A stretch of DNA of 63,870 nt, filler included, from Octopus bimaculoides (GCF_001194135.2; 5 parts of 5 records of this genome joined end to end with filler, not necessarily neighbours in it), one strand, 5' to 3'; positions 12,860 to 26,068 are shown, counted from the whole stretch's first letter. Numbers and translations are program-made. Notes: a model not told the origin generated them from the letters alone.

Positions 12860-14260
12860 GAAAAGTAAGAAATGGTCCCAGAGTTATGCAGTGGGTGCTA
12901 GGGAAAACTTAAGACAGACCATCGAGGGCAGACACCCTTAATTTTCAAACAGAAGAGTGAAAACCGTTTAAAGGTTTTCTGCTCACAAGGCTTAGAGAAG
13001 AAAAACAAAACGGTAACGAATTCCGAGAACTTCTGTTCGTAAGAATGCACCACAGCCTGAAATGATAGTGGGTACAACTCTGGAATCGTCTGAAAAAAAA
13101 ATAACAACCTCGATTTCATTTTCAGGAGTTAATCAAGAGACCCAAGGATTCCCTCTTCAAACCACGACCAGCGACAATATTAAAGATAAGATAGAAAAAT
13201 AGAGTTACTACAATAACAACAACAGCAACAAGAACGGGAAGTGAACTACGAGTAAAGCTCTACACGCAACATTAACACTCCATTTAGTAGTGAGGTTAAA
13301 AACCAATAGGGGCGGGGATGCCGAGGGAGAACAACGAAATCGTCGAAGAAGGAGAAAAATAAAGGGCAAAATATAAATAAATAAAACTGTCAAAAAGCAC
13401 GAGAAAAAAACATCTCGCTTGAAGATGAGATCCTTTCCGGTAAAGCAGAATCCATCTTTTGTGAAAAATAAGGGACCATTCCTAATGAAGAAGAACACTT
13501 CTCCAGTGAGTAAAAATAGATCCCCTGCAAAGTGTGAGGAAGCCCATCTACTCTCCGAATGAACTGAACGTCAGGCCCTTTCTTAAGACACCGCCAAAAA
13601 ACGGCAAAACCGATGGAGCACATTCATGAAACGAGTGAGGAGTTTCCAGACCAAATGTTGATCAGAGAAGACATTGGATCTCAGTACATAGATTACAAGA
13701 AAAGAAAAGAAAAAAAAAGATAAGAGTAAAAATTTCCGACAGTATTTACAATATGTTATGTGTTAATTATCCAAAATAGTTTTAGCCATTAGATTAGGAG
13801 AATATGAGTTCCAAAACCAAAGTCCGCGCCATAAATGAGCGTGTAAGAGGGTTTGTGGGAAAATCTACTAGTGATCTTATGAAACGGCTCTCGGTTTCTG
13901 AGAAGAAAAAAAGGAACCGGAGCGCTTAAGGCAATGGCAGAAGCAGCTGGGAAAATTTCCACTGGATCTGGACAAAGAGGAATAAAAGTGAATTTTAATA
14001 GGCATAATTTATCCTACGGTCAATGGTTACAATACCCAAGGTACTCTGGAATTGGTGCACTCTGGCCAAACAGGATGGTTGCTATGCAGACAGTAGCACA
14101 GAATGTGGTAGCAGAGGAGTAACCAGGAGTTATAACCTGGATGTAGCCCGTTCCCCTTAGAGTGCAAGGAGTTAATGGTCGAAATACTTTCATGAGTGTT
14201 GAGGGAAGAGGTCGTTCTTTTTCTGAAGACCTTCTACTGTTCAACTGTCCCTTGCGTTTC
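12860..14260 (+). mobile_element. Possible L1/Tx1 ORF1-like remnants
   Basis: Weak VEGR-type motifs (TIEGRHP near 12920; SVEGRGR near 14195) next to the RT fragment; no continuous frame. Confidence 0.25.
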
Positions 14261-14289
14261 TCACTACATATTACATGTCAATAATTCAT

Positions 14290-14625
14290 AGGCGCGTGGC
14301 TTAGTGGTTAGAACATCGAGTTCACAATCATGAGGTGGTGAGTTCTATTCCCAGACTGGGCTGTGTGTTGTGTTCTTCAGCAAGACACTTTATTTCACGT
14401 TGCTCCAGTTCTCTTAGCTGTAGAAATGAGTTGCAACGTCACTGGTGCTAAGCTGTATCCGCCCCTTTGCCTTTCCCTTGGATAATATCGGTGGCATGAG
14501 GGAGGGGAGGCTGGTATGCATGGGTGATTGCTGGTCTTCCATAAACAACCTTTCCCGGATTTGTGTCTCGGAGAGTAACTTACTAAGTGCAATCCCATTG
14601 TCATTCATGACCGAAGGGGACTTCT
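14290..14625 (+). mobile_element. SINE family C (tRNA head plus CORE-like centre)
   Basis: ggcgcgtggcttagtggttag..ttgtgttcttcagcaagacactttatttcacgttgctccag; alignable with 47055-47400 on the minus strand. Confidence 0.9.
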
Positions 14626-14810
14626 TTTAATCCATAAGACGTTAGATAGTTATTATATAACTACTTGCTCAATACGACACAAGCATTCTCCACAGAGGAT
14701 TCTGGGTTTCAGGAATATTTGCGTTAATCAGAGTAATTCTCAACCTCGAGTGTAAACATCTTATCTGTCTCTCCATACAAAAGTGTTGTCGAGTACTCTG
14801 GTTAATGCAA

Positions 14811-15193
14811 GTGGTTAAGAAGCTTGCATGTGACCTTGGGTTCAGTCCCACTGCTCGCTTCCTTAGGTAGATATCTTCTACTATAGCCACAGTCCGATCA
14901 AAGTTTGTGAGTGGATTTGGCAAACGGAAATTGAGAGAAGCTGGTTGTGCACGAGCGTGTGTGTGTGTGTGTGTGTATGCGCGCGTGTCTGTGTCTGTGT
15001 TTGTTCCCCACCACCGCATACAAATCAGTGTTGGTGTGATTATGTCCCCGTAACACGGTGGTTTGGCAAAAGAGATCAATAGAAAAAGTACCTGGCATTT
15101 TTTTTTTTAAATAAGTACTGGGGTTGATTTGCTCGACTAAAATTCTTCAAGGCGATGCTCCAGCATCGCCACAGTTTAATGACCGAAACAAGT
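14811..15193 (+). mobile_element. SINE family A, diverged
   Basis: Head, internal (TG)n, ending gaccgaaacaagt. Confidence 0.85.
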
Positions 15194-15826
15194 GTCTTCT
15201 ACTAAAGCATAATATATTATACTATAATCTATAAGCAACATTAGAGTTACAACGCAACTTTGCTGAAAAGAAAAAAAAAATCCACAAAACGAAGAATATA
15301 CCCACAAGACAAGTATAAAAGTTAAACAATCTCTACAGGAATATAATTTCTTGGGGAAAAATGCTTTTATTTAGATATTTAGCAACAAAAAAAAAAAAAA
15401 AAATCTGGCGGGATTCGTTTAGCATTATTGATTTACCAAAATGGGTTGCGATGATGGTAAAATGTTTGATAAACGCTGCCTTAGAGCATTAACATTAACA
15501 CTTCCTGTAATCCTCCAGCTGCGATTTTTGGTTTAGCTGACTGTAAATAAATTGTTGCAATCTTCGTCTCTAAAAGAAACAGCTTTCAACATTCCGGTTG
15601 GTTTGTAAACAATTGTATCTGCTCCAAAGTAGAGTATTTGCATCTAATACAGCATTTAGCAGGCTTTCACTTATCCTTGTTGATGGTAAATACTCTCAAA
15701 ATGAGCGCGTATCGCCTTAGATAATGTGTGGTTTGATAGGGAAAAATACAATCGTGTTTAATTTAGAACATACGCGCGCGCGCGCACTCTCACACACACA
15801 CATACACACACACATACAAACACATA

Positions 15827-15861
<35 letters not shown>

Positions 15862-16044
15862 ACACGCACGCACACACCAGACGCATGCAACCATATACAT
15901 TAACATGCTAAAACATGGCCATATAAACCTCTAAGGATAATGCAAACATGCACACACATATATACACACACATATACACACACATATACACACGCACGAT
16001 GCACACAACACACACACAAACATAAATACACAAATCCATACCTG

Positions 16045-16078
<34 letters not shown>

Positions 16079-16335
16079 CATGCATACATACACGCATACA
16101 GGCAGGTACACGCATATATGTTTTCGTATATTTATGACACGTGCATGTAAGCGGATATATGTGTATGTGTGTGTGTGTGTGTGTCTGTGTGTGTACTCGT
16201 TTTATATATATGTACAGATCATGTATATATTATATACACGTGTATGTATATATGTATATACATGTGTGTATGTGCATCTATCTATCTATCTGTCTATCTC
16301 TCTCTCTCTCTCTCTCTCTCTATATNNNNNNNNNN

Positions 16336-16379
<44 letters not shown>

Positions 16380-16721
16380 AAGAGATATATATAAATATAC
16401 ATACATATGCATATGTGTATATAATTGAAGATACGTGAGTATATGTGTAAGAAGTATAAAGATATGCACTTAGCTGTAATTGAGTTGTGTTTGCTTATGT
16501 TTGTTGAAATGCGACCTTATGCATCTAGATGTGTTTAAAAACTCAGGTAGGTTGTAAGCGATGGATAAAAGCTGTGTATGACGGCTTAACTTAAATATTT
16601 AGACTGGTGCCTCAATAAGAAACATTCACCTTGGATTATTACTACCGCTTCTACTTCATTTTAAGAATTGCATTCTGTTGGGATTTTTTTTCGAGAAGTC
16701 AAAAAATGTGTGTGAGTGTAT

Positions 16722-16751
16722 CTATCTATCCATCCATCCATTCATCCATCC

Positions 16752-16826
<75 letters not shown>

Positions 16827-16851
16827 CATCCATCCATCCATCCATCCATCC

Positions 16852-16907
<56 letters not shown>

Positions 16908-16908
16908 C
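16722..16908. repeat. (CTAT)n/(CCAT)n microsatellite
   Basis: Tandem tetranucleotides. Confidence 0.97.
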
Positions 16909-18280
16909 TCCTGATTTCTATTGTCCCTAAACTTCTTCCATATGCTGTCAGTTCCGTCCTCCACTTCGCCATACTTTTTCCAAACAAGCGCTCAACATTC
17001 GATGCAATATCAAATAGATTCATACATTCTATAATCCAAGAATGTGGGATTATATCGTACGCCTTACGATAAACGATCCATGACATGGCTAAGTCAGTTT
17101 TCCTCCTCTTGTAATCTCTAAGTACAGTTTTGTCTACCAGGAGTCAATAATTTCCATATAAGTGGCAAGCAGGATATCGGCTTGTAATTGTCTACCGTAT
17201 TACCTTTTTTGATGTTTTTCAAGCACAGCACTGTCCTACCCAATGTCAACCACTCTGGTGTTCTTTGGTCACCATTTAACAAGGTGTTGAGTTGCGCAGC
17301 TATTTGTGTATGACATTCCCCAAATTTTTTGATCCAGTAGCCTTGAACTCCATCTGATCCCGGGGCCTTCCAGTTGCTCATTTTTTTGCTGATTTCCCGA
17401 ACTGAAATAACTAGTTCTGCCTGTTTTGGACAGACTACTGTTTGTTTCAGTTCTTGCAACCATTCAGCATCCTTCTTGTGCTCCTTGTCTTTGCTCCAGA
17501 TGTTACTCCAAAACCTTTGACTTTCGACGTTATCTGTTATCAACTTTTCATCTGTACACTCTCCATTTATTTCTTTATAGAATCTCTTCTGATCTACTCT
17601 GAATAACCTGTTCTGCTGGTATCCCTTCATTCTTTGGTCGTATCTTATCATCTTTGCTTTTTTTGAAACGAGGCGCTGTTTCAGTTCCTCCATAACCACT
17701 TTCAGGCCCTTTCTTTCAATATTATACTTCCTTTTCAGCGCCCTGTATTTTTGTTCGCTTTTAAGCTCCCCTTTCTCTTTTCGGTTTAACACAGAGATTT
17801 CCTTTGAGAGCATGTCTAACCCTGCCTGGATTCTTCTTTTCCACCATGGATCTTTTCTTTTGTCACTCCCATTATGTTTCTTTTTCTTGACATCAACACC
17901 CACATTTTCTGCTACAACAATACTTGCTGCCTTGATCAAATTATTTGTTTCTGTGATGTTTTTTTTTTTTTTTGTTCTGATGTATTTCAGAATTTCATTC
18001 ACGTTTTTCGTTTCTTGGTTCAATTTCCACCTTTTTAAAGCCGCAAATACAGTCGTTATCGTTCTCCTGAAGTCTTGCCTTTATTCTGTCGTAGATTGCC
18101 TTTTGTCTATCTGTCATGTCACCATTAGTTTTTTTGTCTTCTTCTAAACTATCTGTATGTCTCTCATCGAGCAAGCTTTCACTGTTTCGTGTATTTTTGT
18201 ATTTGTGTTTCTGTGTCTTTGGCTGTTGACTGGTCAGAGCAGTGAAGAACACGTCCAGCCGCTGTCAGGGCTGACGCTAT
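16909..18280 (-). mobile_element. R4/Dong-like non-LTR retrotransposon, 5' ORF part through early RT, truncated
   Basis: ORF 17118-18023 has PWWKRRI, QNRLFRVDQKRFY, NWKAPGSDGVQGYWIK and NYKPISCLPLIWKLLT. It continues after a frameshift as [20 protein letters not shown] and stops at the (GATA)n run. Confidence 0.92.
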
Positions 18281-18282
18281 TC

Positions 18283-18286
18283 ATCA

Positions 18287-18348
<62 letters not shown>
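18283..18348. repeat. (ATT)n microsatellite
   Basis: Tandem att. Confidence 0.98.
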
Positions 18349-18350
<2 letters not shown>

Positions 18351-18790
18351 AGCGGCGAGCTGGCAGAATCGTTAGCACGCGGCCGAAATGATTGGCGGTA
18401 TTTTGCCTGTCACTACGTTCTGACTTCAAATTCCGCTGCGGTCGACGTTACCTTTCATCCCTTCGTGGTCAATAAAATAATTATCAGTTGAGCACTTGCG
18501 GTTGATGTAATCGACTAGCCCCTCCCCCAAATTTCAGACCTTGTGCTTATAGTAGAGCGGATTATTACTGTTATGGTGGTGAGCTGGCAGAGTCGTTAGC
18601 ATGCCGGAGGAAATGCTTACCAGTATTTCGTTCGTCTTTACGTTCTGAGTTCAAATTCTGCTGAGGTTGATTTTGCTGTTCATCCTTTCGGGGTCGATAA
18701 AGTAAGTATCAGTTGAGCACTGGGGTCGGTGTAAGCGACTTATTCCCTCTCCTCAAAATTGCTGGCCTTGTGCCAACATTTAAAACCAGT
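18347..18790 (+). mobile_element. Tandem dimer of SINE family B
   Basis: Two head-to-tail copies starting at about 18347 and 18572, each gg(c/t)gagctggcaga..ccttgtg. Confidence 0.9.
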
Positions 18791-18829
18791 ATTGTATTGT
18801 GTGTATTGAGTACTGTATTGTTTTGAGCG

Positions 18830-18925
18830 AAAAAGAGAGAGAGAGAAAGAGGAACACATACACACACATTCATAGAGAAAGAGAGAGAGAGAGAGAGGAA
18901 CATATACACACAGAGACATAGAGAA

Positions 18926-18966
<41 letters not shown>

Positions 18967-19187
18967 CAGACAGACAGACAGACAAACACAGATAGACAGA
19001 CAGACAGAGAAAGAGAGAGAGAGAGTGACAAAGACAGAGACAGACACACAGAGAAAGAGACAGACAGAGACAGACAGACAGAGACAGACAGACAGAGACA
19101 GACAGACAGAGACAGAGAGAGGCAGACAGACAGAAAGAGAAAGAGAGAGAGAGGAACACATACATACACAGACATAGAGAAAGAGAG

Positions 19188-19233
<46 letters not shown>

Positions 19234-19432
19234 ACACACANNNNNNNNNNNNNNNNNNNNNNNNNNNNNNNNNNNNNNNNNNNNNNNNNNNNNNNNNNNN
19301 NNNNNNNNNNNNNNNNNNNNNNNNNNNNNNNNNNNNNNNNNNNNNNNNNNNNNNNNNNNNNNNNNNNNNNNNNNNNNNNNNNNNNNNNNNNNNNNNNNNN
19401 NNNNNNNNNNNNNNNNNNNNNNNNNNNNNNNN

Positions 19433-19475
<43 letters not shown>

Positions 19476-19496
19476 CACATACACACAGATATAGAG

Positions 19497-19549
<53 letters not shown>

Positions 19550-19682
19550 GAAAGATAGAGAGAGAGATAGCGACAAAGACAGAGACAGACACAGAGAAAG
19601 AGAGAGACAGAGACAGACAGAGACAGGCAGACAGACAGAGAAAGAGAGAAAGAGAGAGAGAGAGGGAGGGAGAGAGAGGAGA
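18830..19682. repeat. (GA)n/(GACA)n compound repeat with higher-order duplications
   Basis: Unit gaggaacacatacacaca..tagagaaa recurs about 4 times; contains a gap. Confidence 0.9.
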
Positions 19683-19905
19683 GGAGAATGATAATGGTAC
19701 TAGTCTGTTTCTTTGTTGTATTAAAATGGTCGTTTCTTTGGCCAAGTTGTCACGAAGAATCTTAGATGCAATTGAAGAATATTTTCAACTCACTGTCAAT
19801 TAAGGAAGTTCTAAACTTGTATGGGTAGTTCAGTTTGTCTCCATGTATGGGATCAAAGATGGCAGAATGCGAATGGATATGTATCACATAAAGTGTGACA
19901 GATGT

Positions 19906-20087
19906 GGAGGCGCATGGCTTAGTGGTTAGGATGTTGGACTCATGATCGTAAGATTGTGGTTTCGATTCCTGGACTGGGCGATGCGTTGTGTCCTTGAGCA
20001 AAACACTTCATTTCATGTTGCGCGACGGACCGGCGTCCCATCCAGAGAGGAATATACACAGTAGAAAAACCGGAAAACTGGCCCTTT
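19906..20087 (+). mobile_element. SINE family E (family C-like head plus gga(c/t)ggcgtccc tail)
   Basis: ggcgcatggcttagtggttagg..ttgtgtccttgagcaaaacacttcatttcatgttgc followed by gcgacggaccggcgtcccatccag. Confidence 0.85.
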
Positions 20088-20949
20088 GTTCTTTACGGAA
20101 TTATGTGGACAAATCAAAGTGTGACAGAAAATCTCACCGATGTTCAGAAGAGTGTGTTTGTGAGGAATCACCGAAGTTCGGGGCTACAACAGAGTTTAGA
20201 GAATGAGACAGGCTTCTGTCAGCGCATATCTGCAGTGGAATGGGGGGGNNNNNNNNNNNNNNGGGGGGGGGGGTCTGACAAATCAGATTCTATACATGGG
20301 TAACTCAATTTGGACCTTCTTGTACGAAACACGGTTGAAATCTTTGCTGATGTTAAGTGCAACATGATTCTAATGGATGAGAAAGAGAGAGTGGGATACT
20401 GTTGAGCAACAGAAATAAGGAAACCAACGAACTGGCACTTCACTGGTGAAGCTCAAACTTTTCTAGAAAATTGCTGGTTATAACAATTATGCATATTTCG
20501 GAGATGTACTTGACTTACAAATTATTTGATCTGCGAATATACGTAGAAATTAAAACGATTACGGTATGGAATACACATATTAACCATTAAAAAAACACAC
20601 GAAAACTGTCAACTTCACTTAAACATTTTTTTTATTTAGTATCAAAATTTTGTTCGCCCAACCTGGTTACTGACACGATTCCTCTGCATGTTCCACTGCG
20701 TAATTGCTTTGTACTTACAAATGCAACATTCTGATATTCGCTTCCTATTCTGTTTTTCCTAGATTCAACATGCAGATATTGATACAAATCCTATTTGTAT
20801 TTGAGGCTAATGGGATTTTTGTTATTTTTTTACGATTCATCTATGAAGTAATTCGTGCAACTATTTTAATTTTATTTTCATGCTGTATCCGTTAATTATC
20901 GATTCGTCTTTATTTCTGTGCGGCTCTTCAACGTCTGTTTTGTTGCTTT

Positions 20950-22070
20950 TGTAATACAGCATTATTATTTTTTAAATGCGTGTAAAACTTCGAAGGAAAT
21001 ATAACTATCTGAGATGTTAATCTTTCTGCTATCATCTTAGTGTTGTTTCTAGTTATTGAGTACGTGGTAAATATCTGAGCCCCATCATGTTAACTTGACG
21101 ATGTTTCAAACTGAAATTTTATTTGAGTTGATTTCTACCATTCTTCCTCAATGTATTATTAGATCCGCACACTCTACATTTACACATAAGTTTTTCCATT
21201 ATGGCTGGTGAAATTCAAGATAATATCTTGCCATATTTAACTCTTCTTATTTTCTCGGGAATTTTGTCTACTGTAAGTGTTTTTCTTTATCCTTCGATAG
21301 AATACTGTTTCTAACTCGATCCATTGTACTCCACAAAACGTTTTTCAATCCATCAAACTTTATTTAGCCTATTATAATCTAACCATTATTGCTTGAAATA
21401 TTCTTGTCTCTCTTCAGTAGATGTACAAACTTATTTTGTTACATTTGAAGTGTGTATTTCGCATAACAGATTTGATTAAATAGTCTACAGAAAATGATTT
21501 CAGGGTTTGCTAATATGAAAAACTTAGATGGCAATGAACCATGGATTATCATTGCAGAATGATGTACGTTTCGTCTTCCTGTTTACATTAACACGAGTGA
21601 CGTGTAAAAGTTCCGCAAGTTCTAATTAGCTTGGCGTTTGCAGCATGAAGAGTCCTTTATTGTCCAGTAATACAGATATCCTTGTTAACTACCTTAAGAC
21701 ACAAACGAAAACAACAATTCCTTTCTTATATAACCTTCAATTCCATTAGTGTTAAGACGCAACTTCACTGATAGTACTAGAGGAGATTCAGAACGCATCT
21801 AAGCCAATGATGTCACCAAAATATGTTATGGAGCAGCTCCAAAATAAATTGAAAGTTACTGTTGCGCTAAATTCTGTTAAAAGAAATCATTGCTATTTCA
21901 TTCGTGTTTATAGAAGCTTTCTGCCACAATTGCTATCTGTTATTTATCACGGACTATTACCTTTGTTATTATCATCTAACAGACGTTATTGATTCTAATG
22001 ATTCATTATCGAAAGGACGAGCAGGTTTCCTAACATGTGATTTGTCTTCTCGGATATTTATACAATTGAA
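20950..22070 (-). mobile_element. Old RTE-like LINE, AP-endonuclease and linker region
   Basis: Fragmentary translations AIVAESFYK, RKTKRTSFCNDNPWF and YV*M*SVRI**YIEEEW*KS resemble the RTE endonuclease and linker; many stops. Confidence 0.45.
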
Positions 22071-22136
22071 CGTTGTTCTCCACTACTGAAAGTGTATGTT
22101 CATCTGTTCGAGTGCGGAGCGTTGTTATCATCTTAA

Positions 22137-22359
22137 CCCATTAAGTCCCACTGTCTTATAAATAGGATACTAAATGAAAACATTAAATAAGCTATATCAC
22201 ATTGTCCCAGTGTCCTATTTATAGGGCACCATGTATTTCTATTTCTACTTGAAGTAAAGGAGTTTTAATAATTGATTTCTTCATTTTAACATATTTTCAA
22301 TCATCTGTGAAAATTTAAAAGTAATATTCAGAAATTTAAGTACTCTGGGACTTAATGGG
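22137..22359. mobile_element. piggyBac-type MITE (223 bp)
   Basis: Perfect 14-bp TIR cccattaagtccca / tgggacttaatggg; TTAA on both sides (22133-22136, 22360-22363). Confidence 0.9.
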
Positions 22360-23488
22360 TTAATGTTGTTAATTATGATATCATTAGAATACCCGAGCCG
22401 TGAATAATGACGAGTGGGTGTTTTACTAAACTTTGCGATTATTACAATTTGGTTTGTGTGTATGAATATTCAGTTTGTTCAAATTGACGGTATTGTTGAA
22501 AAATGTACATAATGAATGTTGCTAATGAGAGTATGAGGATGTAAATACAAATGCCAAAATAACAGGGAAACATAAGAGAATTATATTTATCACCTATTTA
22601 TACAAGTTTGATCACTTTTAGTATGTATGACAAACTGTAGTCAATGATTAATTAACTCGTTATTCTACATTATGTTAATTTCTATAATAAATGCTCTGCC
22701 TAATTTCACAAATGTTTTAAATGTATGTTTATTCAAAACACCCAAAATATATGCATATTTACACATGAAAACATGATCTTACAAACAGGTTCCATACATT
22801 TCCTAAAGGTTTTCAAGGAACAGCTGGTTTAGTTTATGCAAAAGCTACGTATTTACAACGTATTTTACACATTCCGTGTAAAAGCTACAGATGTACCTAA
22901 TAAGAATTATTATTATTATTATTATTCACACTTACTGCAAAAAGTCCTGAAGGTCAGTTATTTCTAGTATAAACATAAGGAGACACCAAGACACCTAGGT
23001 CTTCTGAATTCAGATTCTTCTGGATCTGTAACTTCAAATTATTTCTGATTTTTGCTCGGCTTCAATCAAAAAATTACATGCGTGCAGTGCAAGAATAGAC
23101 TAAAGGTAAATAGATGATACCACTCAGTAAGTTGTATATAAAGCGTAACAGAAGGACATAGTAGAATATATGAAGCAGAATAATTCAGTAGAATATGTTT
23201 ATATACAAGTATACATAGCATATTGAATTTATATATTGGTGGTGTATAGCGTATTATATGTTGATTAGGTTTATCAATGTGAAAAAGGTGATCATCAGAA
23301 TTTGATCATCAGAATTTATGAACATGAAAAAAAGTAACATTAGCTGAACATTATTATGAGACAAAGGGGACAGCAGAAAAAAAAACAGCGAAAAAAAAAT
23401 ACAAAACGACTCTAGCCAGTGATGAGAACTCGAGTCAAACTAATTGAGAGCAAGTTCAACAGATTGAAACGGTTTAAGTGTTACAAAT

Positions 23489-23540
<52 letters not shown>

Positions 23541-23633
23541 CGTGGTTTCACATTTTGGCACAAGGCCAGTAATTCCGGTGGAGGAACAANNNNNNNNNNN
23601 NNNNNNNNNNNNNNNNNNNNNNNNNNNNNNNNN

Positions 23634-23645
23634 TTAATTAATTAA
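23634..23645. other. Artificial scaffold linker TTAATTAATTAA (also at 49540, 59820 and 61981)
   Basis: Identical 12-mer embedded in N runs four times; gives stop codons in all six frames. Confidence 0.9.
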
Positions 23646-23689
23646 NNNNNNNNNNNNNNNNNNNNNNNNNNNNNNNNNNNNNNNNNNNN

Positions 23690-23940
23690 CTGAAAGAAGC
23701 CCGTCATATATATGTATATATATATATGTGTTTGTGTGTCTGTGTTTGTCCCCCTAGCATCGCTTGACAACCGATGCTGGTGTGTTTACGTCCCCGTAAC
23801 TTAGCGGTTCGGCAAAAGAGACCGATAGAATAAGTACTAGGCTTACGAAGAATAAGTCCTGGGGTCGATTTGTTCGACTAAAGGCGGTGCTCCAGCATGG
23901 CCGCTGTCAAATGACTGAAACAAGTAAAAGAGTAAAGAGT
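23690..23940 (+). mobile_element. SINE family A, 3' half
   Basis: tgaaagaagcccgtc..(TA)n..gtcaaatgactgaaacaagtaaaagagtaaagagt. Confidence 0.92.
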
Positions 23941-24114
23941 ATTCCCTTGGATGGTACACCAGTCCATTATAGGTTTACTCATTTACAGCTGAGTGGACTG
24001 GAGCAACATGAAATGAAGTGTTTTGCTCAAGAACACAATACATTCCAGTCTCGGAATTGGAACTCCAGTCTTGCAATTGTGAATGCAGCACCATAACCAC
24101 CAGGCCACACACCT
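23941..24114 (-). mobile_element. SINE family E
   Basis: Minus strand CORE-like ttgtgttcttgagcaaaacacttcatttcatgttgctccag plus tail atggactggtgtaccatccaaggg. Confidence 0.75.
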
Positions 24115-24134
24115 TCACATATGCATTTTAGGCC

Positions 24135-24620
24135 TGAATCCATCCATCCATCTTTTCCACCGACCATTCCTGGAAGAGTTGTTGGGGTAGAGTCCTCAGG
24201 CACCTCCTCCATAGGGTCCTATTAGAAGTGACTACTATCATTACACTCTCTGGCTGGATTCCCAAGCATGACCAACTGAGGCTATGGACATTATCCAACC
24301 ATCTCATTCTTGGCCTACTCCCAGGTCTCTGGCCAGTCATAGGGTAGAGTCGGCACCTCCCCCGTAGAGTCCTATCAGAAGCAATCATCATTACACTTTC
24401 TGGCTGGATTCCCAAGCATGACCAACTGAGACTATGGACATTATCCGACTGTCTCATTCTCGGCCTACCTTTAAGTCCCCTACTGGTCATGGGGTTATAG
24501 TCCTCATGCACCTTCCTCCCACATCGGATCCTATCAGGAATAACTATCATTGCAGTGTCCAGTTGGATTCCCAAGCGCAACCAATTGAGGCTATAGGCAT
24601 TATCTAAACATCTCATTTGG
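24135..24620 (-). repeat. Three tandem 150-159 bp units, related to an RTE 3' UTR segment
   Basis: Anchor ggattcccaagc at 24256, 24406 and 24565; 24140-24275 is homologous to 38270-38410. Confidence 0.85.
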
Positions 24621-24799
24621 ATAAAACAAAACAAAACAAAACAAAAAATAGCAAAAAAGACCACAACAAAACAGGATGGTCATTGATCATTGGTCTGGCT
24701 TGATTAGGATTGACCTGCATCTATCTAAACAATGACTTCATTGATTTCTCAATTAGCCAGTTGGAATAAATTCTGCAAGATAGGTCATGACCAGTATTG

Positions 24800-25412
24800 A
24801 CCTCTCAATAAACACACACACACGCTAGCACACACACACACTAGCACATCCACCCAAAACATATGCGCACACACATTAACACACACACACACACATTCGC
24901 ACATTTTCTCATGCATGTATGTGCATACTTACACACAGTCATGCACACACACAACCATTTGCAAACTAATCTGCTGAAGGCAGTCACACACACACACACA
25001 CACACACTCTCTCTCTCTCTCTCACACACACACACTCACTCTCTCACTCACACACATACACTCACTCTCTCTCTCTCTCTCANNNNNNNNNNNNNNNNNN
25101 NNNNNNNNNNNNNNNNNNNNNNNNNNNNNNNNNNNNNNNNNNNNNNNNNNNNNNNNNNNNNNNNNNNNNNNNNNNNNNNNNNNNNNNNNNNNNNNNNNNN
25201 NNNNNNNNNNNNNNNNNNNNNNNNNNNNNNNNNNNNNNNNNNNNNNNNNNNNNNNNNNNNNNNNNNNNNNNNNNNNNNNNNNNNNNNNNNNNNNNNNNNN
25301 NNNNNNNNNNNNNNNNNNNNNNNNNNNNNNNNNNNNNNNNNNNNNNNNNNNNNNNNNNNNNNNNNNNNNNNNNNNNNNNNNNNNNNCACACTCTCTCTCT
25401 CACACACACTCA

Positions 25413-25443
<31 letters not shown>

Positions 25444-25659
25444 TCTCTCTCACACACACACACTCACTCTCTCACTCACACACATACACTCACTCTCTCT
25501 CTCTCTCTCACGCACATACATCCATTTCCTCCTACATATTCATACACATAAAAACATTCACACACACACAAGTATCCTCTTGTACATTCAAACTTCCACT
25601 CACACACACACACACACACACGCAAATATTCACACATGGAAACATTGACATTTCTTTCT

Positions 25660-25699
<40 letters not shown>

Positions 25700-25710
25700 T
25701 ACACAAGTAT
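24800..25710. repeat. (CA)n/(CT)n compound microsatellite with gap
   Basis: Dinucleotide mosaic. Confidence 0.93.
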
Positions 25711-25838
25711 AGTCATGCACACTTAAAGTTTCATGCATACATGCAACAATTCACACACACACGGACGCACGCTAATACACGCACATACACAAACATACAT
25801 AGCCATTGACATATCTCCTCCTACACATTCCTACACTT

Positions 25839-26068
25839 GGTTTCGATTCCCAGACCCGGGCGTTGTGTGTGTTTATCGAGCGAAAACACCTAAAGCCCCA
25901 CGAGGCTTCGGCAGGGGGTGGTGGCGACCCCCGTTGTACTCTTTCGCCCCAACTTTCTTCCTGTTTCTTGAGTAACGCTGCGATGGACTGGCGTCCCGTC
26001 CAGCCGGGGGGAACACATACGCCAGAGAAACCGGGAAACCGGGCCCAGGAGCCTGGCTAGGCTTTAAA
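25839..26068 (+). mobile_element. SINE with family D head/body and family E-type tail
   Basis: ggtttcgattcccagacc..aaaacacctaaagccccacgagg as in family D, then gcgatggactggcgtcccgtccag..gaaaccgggaaaccgggccc. Confidence 0.85.

Noticed and set aside
10297-22359. Both piggyBac-type MITEs are exactly 223 bp
   Set aside because: Different TIRs and interiors; two cases are not enough to exclude coincidence.
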